Assembly: GCA_951406725.2 (NCBI GenBank)
Contig: OX597821.1
Coordinates: forward strand, 34,286,001 to 34,350,000
DNA length: 64,000 bases
Direction: 5' to 3'
From: Octopus vulgaris
Lineage: Eukaryota
The translations under genes and the position numbers were made by a program. Positions 12,435 to 24,577 of this stretch are shown here, one piece after another (within the stretch, counting starts at the first letter, position 1; every line of letters starts with the position of its first letter). Below the pieces are notes generated by a model, which saw only the letters and a list, made by a program, of their open reading frames with translations, was not told the DNA's origin and did no database searches.

Positions 12435-13021
12435 AGTATAGGACATTCAGTAAATTGTCAAAATAGGACCCACAGTTTCAAATGTTAGAGCTAAGAGCTT
12501 CGAGGCTTTTCCATTGGCTATTTTGAAGATAGACGCTATGAAAAAAAAACCCATTGAATAAAAGGGAAGTTACTTTAATAGGCATGAAGAAATATAAAAG
12601 ATATCTCTTATTATAAAAGGCAGATTTTATCTGCCTCCCTTTGGGAGTTATACAAATCTACAACATAGGATTTCTTCAATTACAATTTACCTTGCATTTT
12701 TAAGAGTACAATGCATCGCGTCATGCCAGGTCCAGTTTTTAAAATTTAAACTCCAGTTAAGCAAAATTTACAGAAAACTCACATTCTGGTGTGTGTGTCA
12801 AATGCTTTTCTTAGTCTGGTTTACAGCACACGCAAACGCACACACACAGTGGGCAACGAATAAAATGAAAGTAATTGACTTACTGTAGTGAGTGATTCTT
12901 TCACTCTGCCTCCCACTTCCTCTTTCAACACATAGACACGCAAATATATAAATAAAATTGTAAGCTAACGTGCGTGTGTGTGAGTGGGTGTGTATGGGTG
13001 TGCGCGTGTGTGTGTGTGAGG

Positions 13022-13061
<40 letters not shown>

Positions 13062-13126
13062 GCGTGATTGTGTGACAGGAAAGTTTTTTTACGACGAATA
13101 TAACACCTATATCCAAGTAGCAGAAA

Positions 13127-13610
13127 GATAAGACAGTAAGGTGTGATTTGAGGGAGATTTGGCTGCTATTTCTACCATGTCTAGCTGCCATGTAGGGGTC
13201 TCCCTCATAGGCATATAAATACATACATATATACATAGATAAGACAGTAAGGTGTGATTTGGGGGAAATTTGGCTGCTATTTCTACCAGGTCTAGCTGCC
13301 ATGTAGGGGTCTCCCTCATAGGCTCATACATACATATATACATAGATAAGACAGTAAGGTGTGATTTGGGGGAAATTTGGCTGCTATTTCTACCAGGTCT
13401 AGCTGCCATGTAGGGGTCTCCCTCATAGGCTCATACATACATATATACATAGATAAGACAGTAAGGTGTGATTTGGGGGGAATTTGGCTGCTATTTCTAC
13501 CAGGTCTAGCTACCATGTAGAGGTCCCCCTCATTGGCTCATATATATATACATACATAAGACAGTAAGGTGTGATTTGAGGGAGATTTGGCTGCTGTTTC
13601 TACCAGGTCT
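13127..13610. repeat. Tandem repeat, ~107 bp unit, 4.5 copies
   Basis: (G)ATAAGACAGTAAGGTGTGATTTG starts at 13127, 13238, 13345, 13452 and 13555. Confidence 0.95.
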
Positions 13611-13974
13611 GTTAGGCCTTCTCATGTAAACTCAAGCTTTCTCATGCCTTGAACATAAGACCAAAGCAGAGAATGTATTCTTTTATTCTTCTGCTTTTTC
13701 CAGCCATTGGTCTGTGGCCATGCTGGGGCAATGCCTTGAAGAATTGTAGTTTAATGAATCAACTCCAGTTTTATTTTTGTAAGCATTGTACTTATTCTAT
13801 CTGTTTCCTTTGTCAAACCACTAGGTGACAGGGATGTAAACAAACCAACATTCGTTGTCAAGCAGTGGTGAAGGACAATCACAAGCACAGACACGCACAC
13901 ACACACATACATGCATACACATATACACACATACATACATACATACATATATATATATGTGTGTATATATATAT

Positions 13975-14297
13975 TGCAGCATGGAAGGTGTTTGTAAGCC
14001 ATTTAAGAAACACACAAAAACCGTTACATTCACTTCAACATTTAAATTTAATTTGCCAAAATATTTTCGTCGCTTTCAGACTGCGACCTGTTCACTGACA
14101 AAAATATCGTGCTAACAGGTCGCGGTCTCAAAGCGACGAAAATATTTTCACAAATTAAATTTAAATGTTGAAGTGAATCTAACGGTTTTTGTGTGTTTCT
14201 TAAATGGCTTATAAACACCTTCAACGCTGCAACTGTTTTCGTTCCAGCACACGATCTCAGATCAAGTCACTTGCTATGCAAGTACATCTCTGTAACT
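13975..14297 (+). mobile_element. PLE-like fold-back terminal repeat (same family as 11544)
   Basis: Arms ~13975-14093 and ~14114-14231; unpaired end CAGCACACGATCTCAGATCAA...GTACATCTC. Confidence 0.75.
14052..14102 (-). ncRNA. Minimal hammerhead fold, G3-C8 variant (second copy)
   Basis: Minus strand reads TTTGTCA GTGAACA G GTCGC-agtctgaaa-GCGAC GAAA AT T T TGGCAAA. Confidence 0.65.
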
Positions 14298-14392
14298 ATA
14301 TATATATTTATATATATATATATGTATATTGGTAAAAACAGTAAGATAACAAAAGAAAGAAAGAGACCTCAATATTATGTAAATAGAGGAAA

Positions 14393-14787
14393 TCTTTATA
14401 CATAAAAGTGAGGTTGTGTGTCTGTCTCCTACGATTTAGATTCCTAACTACTCCCACATTTTGCGGTGCAGTTTAACCAAAACCGGGTATCTTATAGTCG
14501 TGATTCATATCGAGACCGTCTGGGTATTAGCGCGCGTCTACGATGAGTCTACGATTTAAAAAAAAATTTACCATCAATTTTTCCCATTTTTAATCCATTT
14601 TTGACATATATAAGGGAAGTAACTCTCTAAAATGTATTATTAAATCTCAGAACGTAAAAAGCTACAGTAACACCCCTCCCCCTTTGTGGTTAGCCATATT
14701 GAGATGGCTATTATACTTTACATCTCTAAAAATGCTTATATAATTATTTCCCTTACAAACCCGAGCAACGCCGGGCGATACTGCTAG
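14393..14787 (+). mobile_element. Short Helitron unit supplying the 3' end of the composite
   Basis: Own 5' end A|TCTTTATACATAAAAG; 3' hairpin plus CTAG. Confidence 0.7.
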
Positions 14788-15154
14788 TAAATTATAAAAA
14801 ATACACACAACCACATTCTCACAATAGATAGAAACCTTCTACTGTGAGAATGTAGTTGCGTGTATTTTTTATAGCTGTTTTTATTTTTCATATTTTATAT
14901 CTTTTATATTTTTTCATGCCTATTAGAGTAACTTCCCTTTTATTCAATGATTTTTTTTTTGTTTTTTTTTTCATAGAGTCTATCTTCAAAATATCCAATG
15001 AAAATACCTCGAAGCTCTTAGCTCTAGCATTTGAAACTCTGGGTTCTATTTTGACAACTTACTGATTGTCCTATACTATATATATATATAAATTCCTCTA
15101 TTTACATAATATCACGGTCTCATTATTTTGTTGTCATTTTATTGTTATTATTAA

Positions 15155-15871
15155 TCATCATCATCATTGTTTAACATCCGCTTTCCATGTTAGCATGGGT
15201 TGGACGATTTTGACTGAGGGTTGGTGAACCAGATGGTTGCACCAGGCTCCAATCTTGATTTGGCAGAGTTTCTACAGCTGGGTGCCCTTCCTAACGCCAA
15301 CCACTCCGAGAGCATAGTGGGTGCTTTTTACGTGCCACCTGCACGGGGGCCAGTCAGGCGGTACTGGCAACGACCTCACTCGAATCCTTTTACACGTGCC
15401 ACCAGCACAGGTGCCAGTAAGGTGACTTTGGTGACAATCACGCTCGAATGGTGCCCTTTTACGTGCCACTGGCATGGAAGCCAGTTGCCTGCTCTGGCAA
15501 CGATCACACTCGGATGGTGCTCTTGATATTCTACTAGCACGGGCACAAGAGCCAGTAAGGCAATGCTGGTAATGATCACGCTCAAATGGTGCCCTTTAAG
15601 TGCCACTGGCACGGAAGCTGGTTAGCCACTCTGTCAATGATCATGCTCGTATGGTGCTCTTTGCACCCTGCCTGCACAGACGCCAGTCATCAAATTTGAT
15701 TTTGATTTTGCTTTTGATTGATTTGATTTCACTTGCCTCAACAGGTCTTTGCAAGCAGAGTTTTAGTGACCAAAGAAGGAAAACGTTACGCACAAGTGGG
15801 CTGGTTATGCCCCTGGCATAGGCCATGAGATTATGGTTTCATTTGGCTTGCAGGGTCTTCTCACGCACAGC
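15155..15871 (-). mobile_element. SINE-like family C, long copy
   Basis: (CAT)n tail, TTTCTACAGCTGGGTGCCCTTCCTAACGCCAACC, several internal subrepeats. Confidence 0.8.
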
Positions 15872-15916
<45 letters not shown>

Positions 15917-16451
15917 TTGCATGTATGCATACACAAGTATGTGTATATGTATGTGTATATATGCATGTATGTGTAGATGTTTGTGTATATATGTATGTCC
16001 TGGGTATGACTTTAAACTGTATCCAGTATTGGATCCCTAGTTTGGGACTTTCAGGGTTTTGGGGAGTGTGGAAACATCTATTAGCAACAATCGTTCTTCC
16101 CAGGTCAACTCTGACTCAGAACGTTCCAGCTATGGGTGAATTAGCTTGTGAACCACAGGGAGTCATTTCCAGTCACATTAGAATATCTGATGTAACTGAT
16201 ACTTTAGGGCTGAGAGATAACCATTATTCATGTGTGTGTGTGTGCATATAATATAATTGATTTATAGAACACAAAAATGAGAGTGAAGTGCAGCACAATA
16301 GTAATTATGAAAGACAGGGGAAGGAGAAGTGAGGTTTAAGCAGAGAGGTTTACAGATTTGTAAATAAAAGTATGAAGACACCCGTCTTGAAATATATGCA
16401 TATGGAAAATCCAACAAAGTTACGAATGGTCTTTGAAACAGCAGGTATTTA

Positions 16452-16877
16452 GGATCTTTTCGGTTTGAACGGCAGTTTTTTCTAGCGGTGTCATATGAAA
16501 TTGTCACCCATAATTATGACCCTAGAACCGATCTATTGCATTTCAATCTATTTTAGGGTTAGGGTTAGTTAGGGTTAAGGGTGGGGGAAGGGTATCTTTT
16601 TTTCTTCACAAATGTACATAAACCCAATCTGTTTCTTAAACGAGGGACATATTCATATGGCACAGAATGTTTTTACCTCAATAGACGTCATTGATTGGTT
16701 GAAATTGCAGAAATTGAAGAAAAAAAACAACAAATATCTTACAAATTATAGAATTTTCTCAATAAAGCCAAGAGAAAAAGATGTTTTATAAACACATTCT
16801 ACCAGTATACGAAGTTTTTTAATTTTTTAGTTACCTAGAAATTATGTTAAAAACTGCTGTTCAAACCGAAAAGATCC
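16452..16877. mobile_element. MITE with ~28 bp TIRs and an internal TTAGGG tract
   Basis: GGATCTTTTCGGTTTGAACGGCAGTTTT ... AAAACTGCTGTTCAAACCGAAAAGATCC; flanks ggtattta/agtattta. Confidence 0.9.
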
Positions 16878-17617
16878 AGTATTTATGTCTTTGGCTGATA
16901 ATCTGGTTCCAAAACATTTCAGTTAAATTTGCTGTCAAAATAGTAGCAGCATTCTGCTGAAAAATAATTTCTCTATCCGGATTATTGCGTAAGTTATTAA
17001 TAAGACTTATCAATATTATTGGCCGATGAAACTAAATATAATTCTCTTTTGCTGGAAGAAAAAAAAATGAATAAAATGAGGTCAACATGAAAGGATTGCA
17101 TATTCCTTGCTAAACAGTCTATTTTGGTAAATGTGTTGTGCTGCTTTATACTAGTTGTTAAATGAATTTATGGCGCCAATGAAATGAAAGCAGATTTCAT
17201 CAGAAGAGGAAATTTTCTTTTGTAAACCAGTGACTCTGAAAAGTTAATCATTAATGTCTTTACAATAAGTCATTCATTTGCTGTAATCATTTTCTCTCAG
17301 GTAATTCAGGCATTTCAATCTGTTGGGATATAGGTTTAAGATTCATTCTCATCATTTTCCTTACAGTCAGATACTGCTTCTCTTTGCTTTTGGCTGTTCT
17401 ACTTTGTATACCTTACTGAGCCTTCGCATCAATAATTGCTTCTAATTTTACAACAATCTCCAGTGACTCTCTTTGTTATCTTGATATAATACTTCCTGCA
17501 CTTTTAAAAATATCGATTAGGTTCCACATGGTAACACCAGAAGATGTTACCTTATTTCATTTTATTATATTCCTACTATAAAATTGCTAATGGGCCCCTT
17601 ACATACATACATACTGT

Positions 17618-17830
17618 TTTCAAATTTTGGTACAAGGCCAGCAATTTAGGGGGTCAAAGTAAATCAATTACATCAACCCCAATACTCAACTGGTATTTAT
17701 TTTATCAACCTGCAAAAGGATGAAAAGCAAAGCCAACATTGGTGGAATTTGAGCTCAGAACATGAAGATTGATGAAATAACAAGGTGTAAAATGGCAAGC
17801 TGGCACAATAACAGTTCTGCCAGCTTGCCA
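17618..17830 (-). mobile_element. SINE family B, diverged
   Basis: AAAGGATGAAAAGCAAAGCCAAC...GGAATTTGAGCTCAGAAC. Confidence 0.7.
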
Positions 17831-18799
17831 TTTTACACCTTTTCTGTTTTTATTACCACTGAGCTAATATATATTTTACTCGTGGCTGTATGGTAAGAAG
17901 CTTGCCTCCCAACTACATGGTTCTGGGTTCAGTCCTACTGCACAGCAACCTGGGTAAGTGTTTTCAACTATAGCCCTGGGCTGGCCAAAGGCTTAGTATG
18001 AGTACTAAGAAGACTGATAAAGGCTCCTAAGATGTCAAGTGGAGGTGTTAAGCCAAGTGATAAACTAAGTCTGTCACCTATATAGGCCACTTCAGGATTT
18101 GAACTCATGATGCGAGGAGCCTGAACAAATGCCATAAGGCATCAGATCTGATGGTTTTACAGTTCCACTAATCCTCTGTTCTGTGTTCGTTCTTTTCTGT
18201 CAACCCTTCCAACGCTAAACAAAGTTGACCTTGGCAGGATCTAATCTCAAAATGCAAATTAAATACCTTACAGCATTTAATTTCAACCTTCTACCATTAC
18301 AAATTCAAACCCCACTGGGGGTTGACTCAGTTTTTTGTTTCTCAGGAGTTGGTAAGACAAGTACCAGTGATGTACTAAGGTGGATTTAATTGTCTATCCA
18401 TCCCCCTCCCCTGATAAATTAATAGAATTGTACCAATGAAAAACATCAAGAGTGGTGGCATCTTAGAAACCATAGTTCTTTTTGATTAAATACTGTACAA
18501 TATTTAGTCTTGTTCTGCCATGGTCTACTTTAAATCCCATGTGAGTCATCTGGGACTCCTGAGTCATCTGGGACTCCAAGTGGTATTATTGAGAAACAGC
18601 TGGCATCAGTGATGTACTGAGACCTGTTCACTGAACTCCACTCCTTTTCTAAAACATGTCACCCTGTACCATTTTATAACTGTTTATGAATTATCTGTTT
18701 GCCCAGTTTTAATAGAGTTATAAGCCATTCAGTAGTTGGAGCTGAATTTAAGTTTTGTTTAGGTGTCAGCAAAGTGTTGTCAATATTAAGTCAGAGTAG

Positions 18800-19015
18800 G
18801 ATGGTGAGCTAGCAGAATCATTAGCATTCTGGGTTAAATGCTTAACCACATTCCATTTGTCTTTATGTTCTGAGTTCAAATTCTGCCAAGGTCAGCTTTG
18901 CTTTTCATCCTTCCAGCACTGATTAAATAGGTACCATTTGAAAACCGCAGTTGATGTAATCAACTTATCCCCACTCCCTGGAATTGCTGACCTTGTGCCA
19001 CAATTTGAAACCAAT
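18800..19015 (+). mobile_element. SINE family B
   Basis: GGTGAGCTAGCAGAATC...GAGTTCAAATTCTGCC...TTTGAAACCAAT. Confidence 0.75.
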
Positions 19016-19021
19016 ATTTAA

Positions 19022-19312
19022 TTTAATCTAATTTAATTTTTTGGCTCAAAAAGCAAAAGCAAGGCCATGTAGGGGGACATGGAGTTATGTACAGGGAGGG
19101 TGTTCATACACAGAGTTCAGGCCATTTCTGGTCAAGAGAGACTTTGAACCGAGCGGTCGTTGGCATCTTCACTATCTCATCCAGCAGCTTATTCCACGGA
19201 TCCGCAACCCGAACGGAGAAAGCCCCTCTCCTTCGATTGAGATGAAATCATCGTAGATAGAGCTTTTCAGAGTGACCCCGCAGCCCACGCTCTGGAGCAG
19301 GAGTGAAGAACA
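19022..19312 (-). mobile_element. CR1-clade LINE 3' end
   Basis: Minus-strand translation LRGHSEKLYLR*FHLNRRRGAFSVRVADPWNKLLDEIV...FKVSLD, typical of a CR1 ORF2 C-terminus; short AT-rich repeat tail. Confidence 0.8.
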
Positions 19313-19322
19313 AGTGAGAGTG

Positions 19323-19540
19323 AGGCGGTGAGCTGGCAGAATCATCACCACAAAAGAAAAAAATGCTTAGCAGTATTTCTTATGACTTTACATTCCAAGT
19401 TCAAATCCGATAAGGGCCAACTTTGCCTTTTATCCTTTCGGGATTGTTCATATAAGTACCTGTTGATCACTGGGGTGGATATACTCAACTTTTGTCACTC
19501 CCCTATAATTGCTGGCCTTGCGCCAAAATTTGAAACCAAT
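19323..19540 (+). mobile_element. SINE family B
   Basis: GGCGGTGAGCTGGCAGAATC...CTTTGCCTTTTATCCTTTCGGG. Confidence 0.75.
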
Positions 19541-19614
19541 ACTAAAAGTCAGAGTTGACTACAAATGGTGATAATGCATCAAGTTAGAGCTTCAAAAATA
19601 TACTTTGCTTCAGT

Positions 19615-19842
19615 AGAGATGAAAGATGAGTTAGCAAAAAAGAGTCATATCACTGGCAGAGTTTATTGGTCAGTGGCAAGAGATGAAGAGGCCGACCAAG
19701 AACCCACTGGCTTGATACCATCAGGAGTGATACCGGAATGGACATGGCCAGTCTGAAGGAAGCAGCCCAGGATAGAACTGACTGGAGGACACTGATCCAA
19801 CGAGTGACCGAGAGTTGACTTCGACTGAGCGGATAGAGAGAG
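19615..19842 (+). mobile_element. RTE-clade (BovB-like) LINE 3' end
   Basis: RGRPRTHWLDTIRSDTGMDMASLKEAAQDRTDWRTLIQRVTES*LRLSG, then a (GA)n tail. Confidence 0.8.
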
Positions 19843-20370
19843 ATGCCTACAAATTAGAGTGGCATGGGTAAAAGCTTAGTCAGAGAAGGAAGAGCAGTAC
19901 CTGTGGTCTTTTGAGGGCCAACCCTTGCTGGTTTTAAATTCTGCTATCCATGTCATGCTCTTAACACTGGTATGAGGTGCTCCACTTTCAAGCTACTCTT
20001 AAAGAAATATAACTTTTTCATAAATAGATATTTGCTAACAGAATCACCACCTTATTATTTCACTTTTATCTAAACTAATAAAATATTTCCAACCTCATCA
20101 ATATGCAAGGCATGAGTATAAATAATCTAGAAGATACCTATGACCCACAATGCACTTTTCAGCTCATTTTTTTTCTGAAATTGGCACAGAATGTAGATTT
20201 AACTAATTCATACTCTGCACTAAGATCAGCTGAATTGATACAACTTTCTCTCTCAGAAATAAGTTCTTTCTTTCAATATTAATGTTCTTTTGTTCAGGTT
20301 TTGCTTTCAGCATGGTGAATATTTTTGTTTTAAAAAAAATCAGTTCTAAACTTTTATAATAAAATATGAA

Positions 20371-20700
20371 GGCAAGGCACATGACGCAGTAGTGAGGGCA
20401 CCGGGCTCACAGTCATGAGGTAGTGAGTTCAATTTCTGGACTAGGCTGTGTGCTGTGTTCTTGAGCAAGACATTTTATTTCACCTTGCTCCAGTTCACTC
20501 AGCTGTAAAAACGAGTTGCGATGAGACTGGTGCCAAGCTGTATCAGCCTTTGCCTTTCTCTTGAGTAACCTTGGTAGTGTGGAGAGGTGAGGCTGTTATG
20601 CATGATCGACTGCTGGTCTTCCATAAACAACCTTGCCTGGACTTGTGCCTCAGAGGGGAGCTTTCTAGGTGCAATCCTATGGTCATTTACCCTTTTACTC
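20371..20700 (+). mobile_element. SINE family E (tRNA head plus CORE-like domain)
   Basis: TGTGTTCTTGAGCAAGACA...CTCAGCTGTAAAA resembles the CORE-SINE domain; copies at 54375 and 56945. Confidence 0.7.
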
Positions 20701-20739
20701 TTTTATAATAAAATATATTTTTTTCGAAAATGTTTCATT

Positions 20740-21126
20740 GGCGTAGGAGTGGCTGTGTGGTAAGTTGCTTGCTTACCAACCACATGGTTCCTGGTTCATT
20801 CCCACTGCATGGCACCTTGGGCAAGTGTCTTCTACTATAGCCTCGGGCTGACCAAAGCCTTGTGAGTAGATTTGGTAGATGAAAACTGAAAGAAGCCTAT
20901 CGTATATATGTATATAAATATATGTGTATGTGTGTATATATGTTTGTGTGTCTGTGTTTGTCCCCCCAGCATCGCTTGACAACCGACGGTGGTGTGTTTA
21001 CGTCCTCGTACCTTAGTGGTTCGGCACAAGAGGCCAATAGAATAAGTACTAAGCTAACAAAGGCGGTGCTCCAGCATGGCCACAGTAAAAAAACTGAAAC
21101 AAGTAAAAGAGTAAAAGAGTAAAGAG
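20740..21126 (+). mobile_element. SINE family A, full length
   Basis: Head, internal microsatellite and tail all present. Confidence 0.9.
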
Positions 21127-21498
21127 ATAGGTTCTGTTTCTAATGAAATAACAAAACATGAATGATGCTACAAATTCACAGGAACATGGACGGTAGGTAG
21201 AGAGACCAGTTTGTTTTGTTGTACTGAGAGACTATACATTTTCATCAGTGGTGGTCGTTTTGCATGGATAGGATCAACTGAGATTCCAATCCCTTAATTG
21301 GCAGTGATAATTTTTTTTTTAACAGAAATCATTTTTTGACATGATTATATTTGTTACCAAATTAACGGAAAAATGCATATCACTACCATTTTCATTGTCA
21401 CATTACCATAAACATCCATTAGCAAGTCAGCTACATTTGTATAGGTGTGCTTGTGTATACATACATACATGTATGCATATATATAAATATATATATAA

Positions 21499-21532
<34 letters not shown>

Positions 21533-21533
<1 letters not shown>

Positions 21534-21834
21534 GAGGCGCAATGGCCAAGTGGTTAGGGCAGCGGACTCGCGGTTGTAGGATCGCGGTTTCGATTCCCAG
21601 ACCAGGTGTTGTGAGTGTTTATTGAGCCAAAACACATAAAACTCCACAAGGCTCCGGCAGGGGGTGGTGGCGATCCCTGCTGTACTCTTTCATCACAACT
21701 TTTTCTCACTCTTTCTTCTGTTAGCCTGCTCGCTTAGCCAGTGGGGTGGCGTCATTTGAAGGCTAGAACAATGCGAAGCGCATCGTGACCAGCGATGTGT
21801 TGCAACATCTGATAGCCTGGTCGGTCACGGTGAT
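21533..21834 (+). mobile_element. SINE family D, well preserved
   Basis: A and B boxes with CpGs retained. Confidence 0.9.
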
Positions 21835-21892
21835 ATCATCATCATCATCATCATCGTTTAACGTCCGCTTTCCATGCTAGCATTTATATATA

Positions 21893-22203
21893 TATAAATT
21901 AGGGTATCTACGAGATACCACCATGCTGAAAATAGCAGAAATTCAGAAATCCAGGATCTAGAATTATCCAGTACCTTCTTATTAGTTTCATCTTGTCTCT
22001 TTGTTTTCTCTCCGTGTTGATATGTGGACAATTAAGGTGGTTTTAGAGTCAGATCATGACTGCTATTTTCAGCATGGTGGTATTTTGTAGATACCCTAAT
22101 TTATAAATTTAATAATTATTACCTTTGAATGTTATTTTTTCCATGCTGACCACTTGATAAAATCGTTATTTTATTTTTTAATTAATGATCTTATCCTTCT
22201 TGA
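21893..22203. mobile_element. (TA)n-flanked asymmetric fold-back
   Basis: ATAAATTAGGGTATCTAC...CCACCATGCTGAAAATAGCAG (21894-21938) is inverted at ~22060-22104. Confidence 0.6.
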
Positions 22204-22602
22204 TATATATATATATTTATATATGTATATATGCACACGCATATATATATATCATATATAAAGCATTATACACATGTGTATACCACTTACACAAACAGTG
22301 ACACAGATTTCTAGATATATTTGAAGATAAATTCTTGGATACTTAGACACTTAGAATGACTGATTGATAACATGGCAGGGATGACGTGACGTAGATAGAT
22401 ATCATATATGATATATGATATCATATATGACACACACACACACACACACATATTGTCAATGTATCATATATCTGTAAAAGAACTGCACTCTGAAGCATCA
22501 GGCAGTAATGTGTTTATATGTAGTTAAGTCTATGTCTGGTCATAGAGTGACCAATGATTACATATACCAATGATTTTATACATATATATATTTATACACA
22601 CA

Positions 22603-22645
<43 letters not shown>

Positions 22646-22646
<1 letters not shown>

Positions 22647-22858
22647 GGTGCAGGAGTGGCTGTGTGGTAAGTAGCTTGCTTGACAACCAATGCTGATGTG
22701 TTTATGTCCCCCGTAACTTAGCAGTTCGGCAAAAGAGTCTGATAGAATAAGTGCTAGGCTTACAAAAAATAAGTCATGGGAGTGATTTTCTCAACTAAAG
22801 GTGGTGCTCTAGCATGGCCACGGTCAAATGACTGAAGCAGGAAAAAGAATAAAAGAAT
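22646..22858 (+). mobile_element. SINE family A with an internal deletion
   Basis: Head joins the 3' half directly at GCTTG(C)TTGACAACCA. Confidence 0.85.
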
Positions 22859-22901
22859 ATATATTCATATGTATATGTATATCTATTTATCTATATATAT
22901 A

Positions 22902-23131
22902 TTTCGTTTTTTGGATTTGGTTTACAAGATTCTTTATATGAGTTTGTGTGTGGGGAGAGTCATTTTTTTGTGCCTTATTATTTGACACACTCACCGGTAA
23001 AATTTCCACTTATTTCTTATTTTTATTTTCCTAAAATTTTCGTTGTGTGTTGCAACCTTTTCAAAACTATTGAAGGTGAGTGTGTTAAATAATAAGGCAC
23101 AAAAAGAAAATGACTCTTTCCAGGCATAACA
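22902..23131 (-). mobile_element. PLE-like fold-back with a U3-A8 hammerhead remnant
   Basis: Arms ~22953-22995 and 23075-23120; minus strand reads TTGAAAA G GTTGC...ACAAC GAAA AT T T TAGG. Confidence 0.55.
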
Positions 23132-23132
23132 T

Positions 23133-23163
<31 letters not shown>

Positions 23164-23375
23164 CTGGAGGCATGTAGAAAGCACACACTACACTCTTGGT
23201 TGATGTTAGGAAGGGCATCCAACTGTAGAAACATCGCCAGATCAGTTGGAAGTTCCTGTTGGTGTTATGCCTAGGGTGCCATATATTTGGTTATGTACTT
23301 AGTGTTGTACTAGTGAATGTTTAAGAAACCATAAGAAAATTATGTTTGTTTTAAAACTTGAGATTACATAGAAAG

Positions 23376-23382
23376 TATTATT

Positions 23383-23477
<95 letters not shown>
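23376..23477. repeat. (TAT)n microsatellite
   Basis: Direct reading. Confidence 0.95.
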
Positions 23478-23478
<1 letters not shown>

Positions 23479-24166
23479 TATCTTGTTTATCATGTACAAG
23501 TACATCTATAGTCATCATTATTTTTTTTATTTTATTCAATTTTAGAAAAATTGAAGCATGTCTTTGATAATTCTGGAGCATATTGGACTTATTTTACACA
23601 TGACTTTTGGCCAACCCTATACACACTCACACACGCACATGTGTGTGTGTGTGTGCATGTGTGTGTGTGTGTGTGTGTGTGTATCTGTATGAATGTATCT
23701 AGATGTATGCTCAGATAACTTACTGAGATAAAACAGAGAGAAGCAGTCAGTCAGTCAATCAAAGAAAAATTTTGTACATTTACGACTAACACCCAAATTA
23801 GAAATGAGTGGAATAAGAGATAAGAGATAATTCAAATTTATTCCAATAATCTTAAAACTGCCATTATCGCCAATTATTCATCTGTATCCAATATTTCCCA
23901 ATCTAGGTGGCGTTGGTGAGTGGATGTGTGAATGATGGTGATGGCAGAAGACAGAAATGAATGTTCTGTGCAGTATATATGGAGTTTGTGAAGCCCCCCA
24001 TTTTGCAAATTTACTGGCGTTCGTATTGATTAACTCCTCAGTTTGACTATTATCCTTCTTGTCGCATCTGGTTCTCCTCTTGTCAACTCCTCCTCCTTCC
24101 TGTATTCGTTAACTCTTCCTTCTTATATTTGTGATCGTTATTATTTCTCTCTTTCAATCCCTCTCA

Positions 24167-24264
24167 ATCTATCTGTCTATACATCTATCTGTCTGTCTGT
24201 CTGTCTGTCTATGATCGAACGCATCCATTTCCAAGTAAGTTTTATCTATCCATCTATCTATCTC

Positions 24265-24310
<46 letters not shown>

Positions 24311-24421
24311 CATCTATCTAGTTAGCTATTTATCTATCTCCTCTTTCTAATTCTTCCTCTCTCTCTTTCTCTCCCTCCCTCTGTCTGTCTATTTATGTAT
24401 CTATCTCTATCTGGCTGTCTG

Positions 24422-24486
<65 letters not shown>

Positions 24487-24523
24487 ATATCTATCTATCT
24501 ATCTATCTCTTTCTGTCTATCTG

Positions 24524-24577
<54 letters not shown>

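Larger units (their letters stand above)
12604..14787 (+). mobile_element. Composite non-autonomous Helitron
   Basis: 5' TCTCTTATTATAAAAG; 3' hairpin CCCGAGCAACGCCGGG then CTAG; inserted between A and T with no TSD; empty site at 10927/10928. Confidence 0.8.

Noticed and set aside
13127-13610. CRISPR-like regular repeats
   Set aside because: Whole units repeat with no unique spacers, and the context is eukaryotic.
16552-16592. Telomere or chromosome fusion relic
   Set aside because: The TTAGGG units are internal to a three-copy MITE.
18542-18577. 18 bp tandem duplication containing two TGAGTCA (AP-1-like) sites
   Set aside because: Simple slippage duplication; no evidence of regulatory function.
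21205-21255. CTGATGA on the minus strand as a hammerhead
   Set aside because: No GAAA in register and no stem I.
21533-21610. Possible tRNA genes (also 9941, 54640-54712, 57191)
   Set aside because: They are heads of multi-copy SINEs that continue into SINE bodies; no complete cloverleaf with a terminator.
23872-24102. ~75-codon stop-free minus-strand frame
   Set aside because: No start codon, no pyrimidine-rich acceptor and no recognisable motif.
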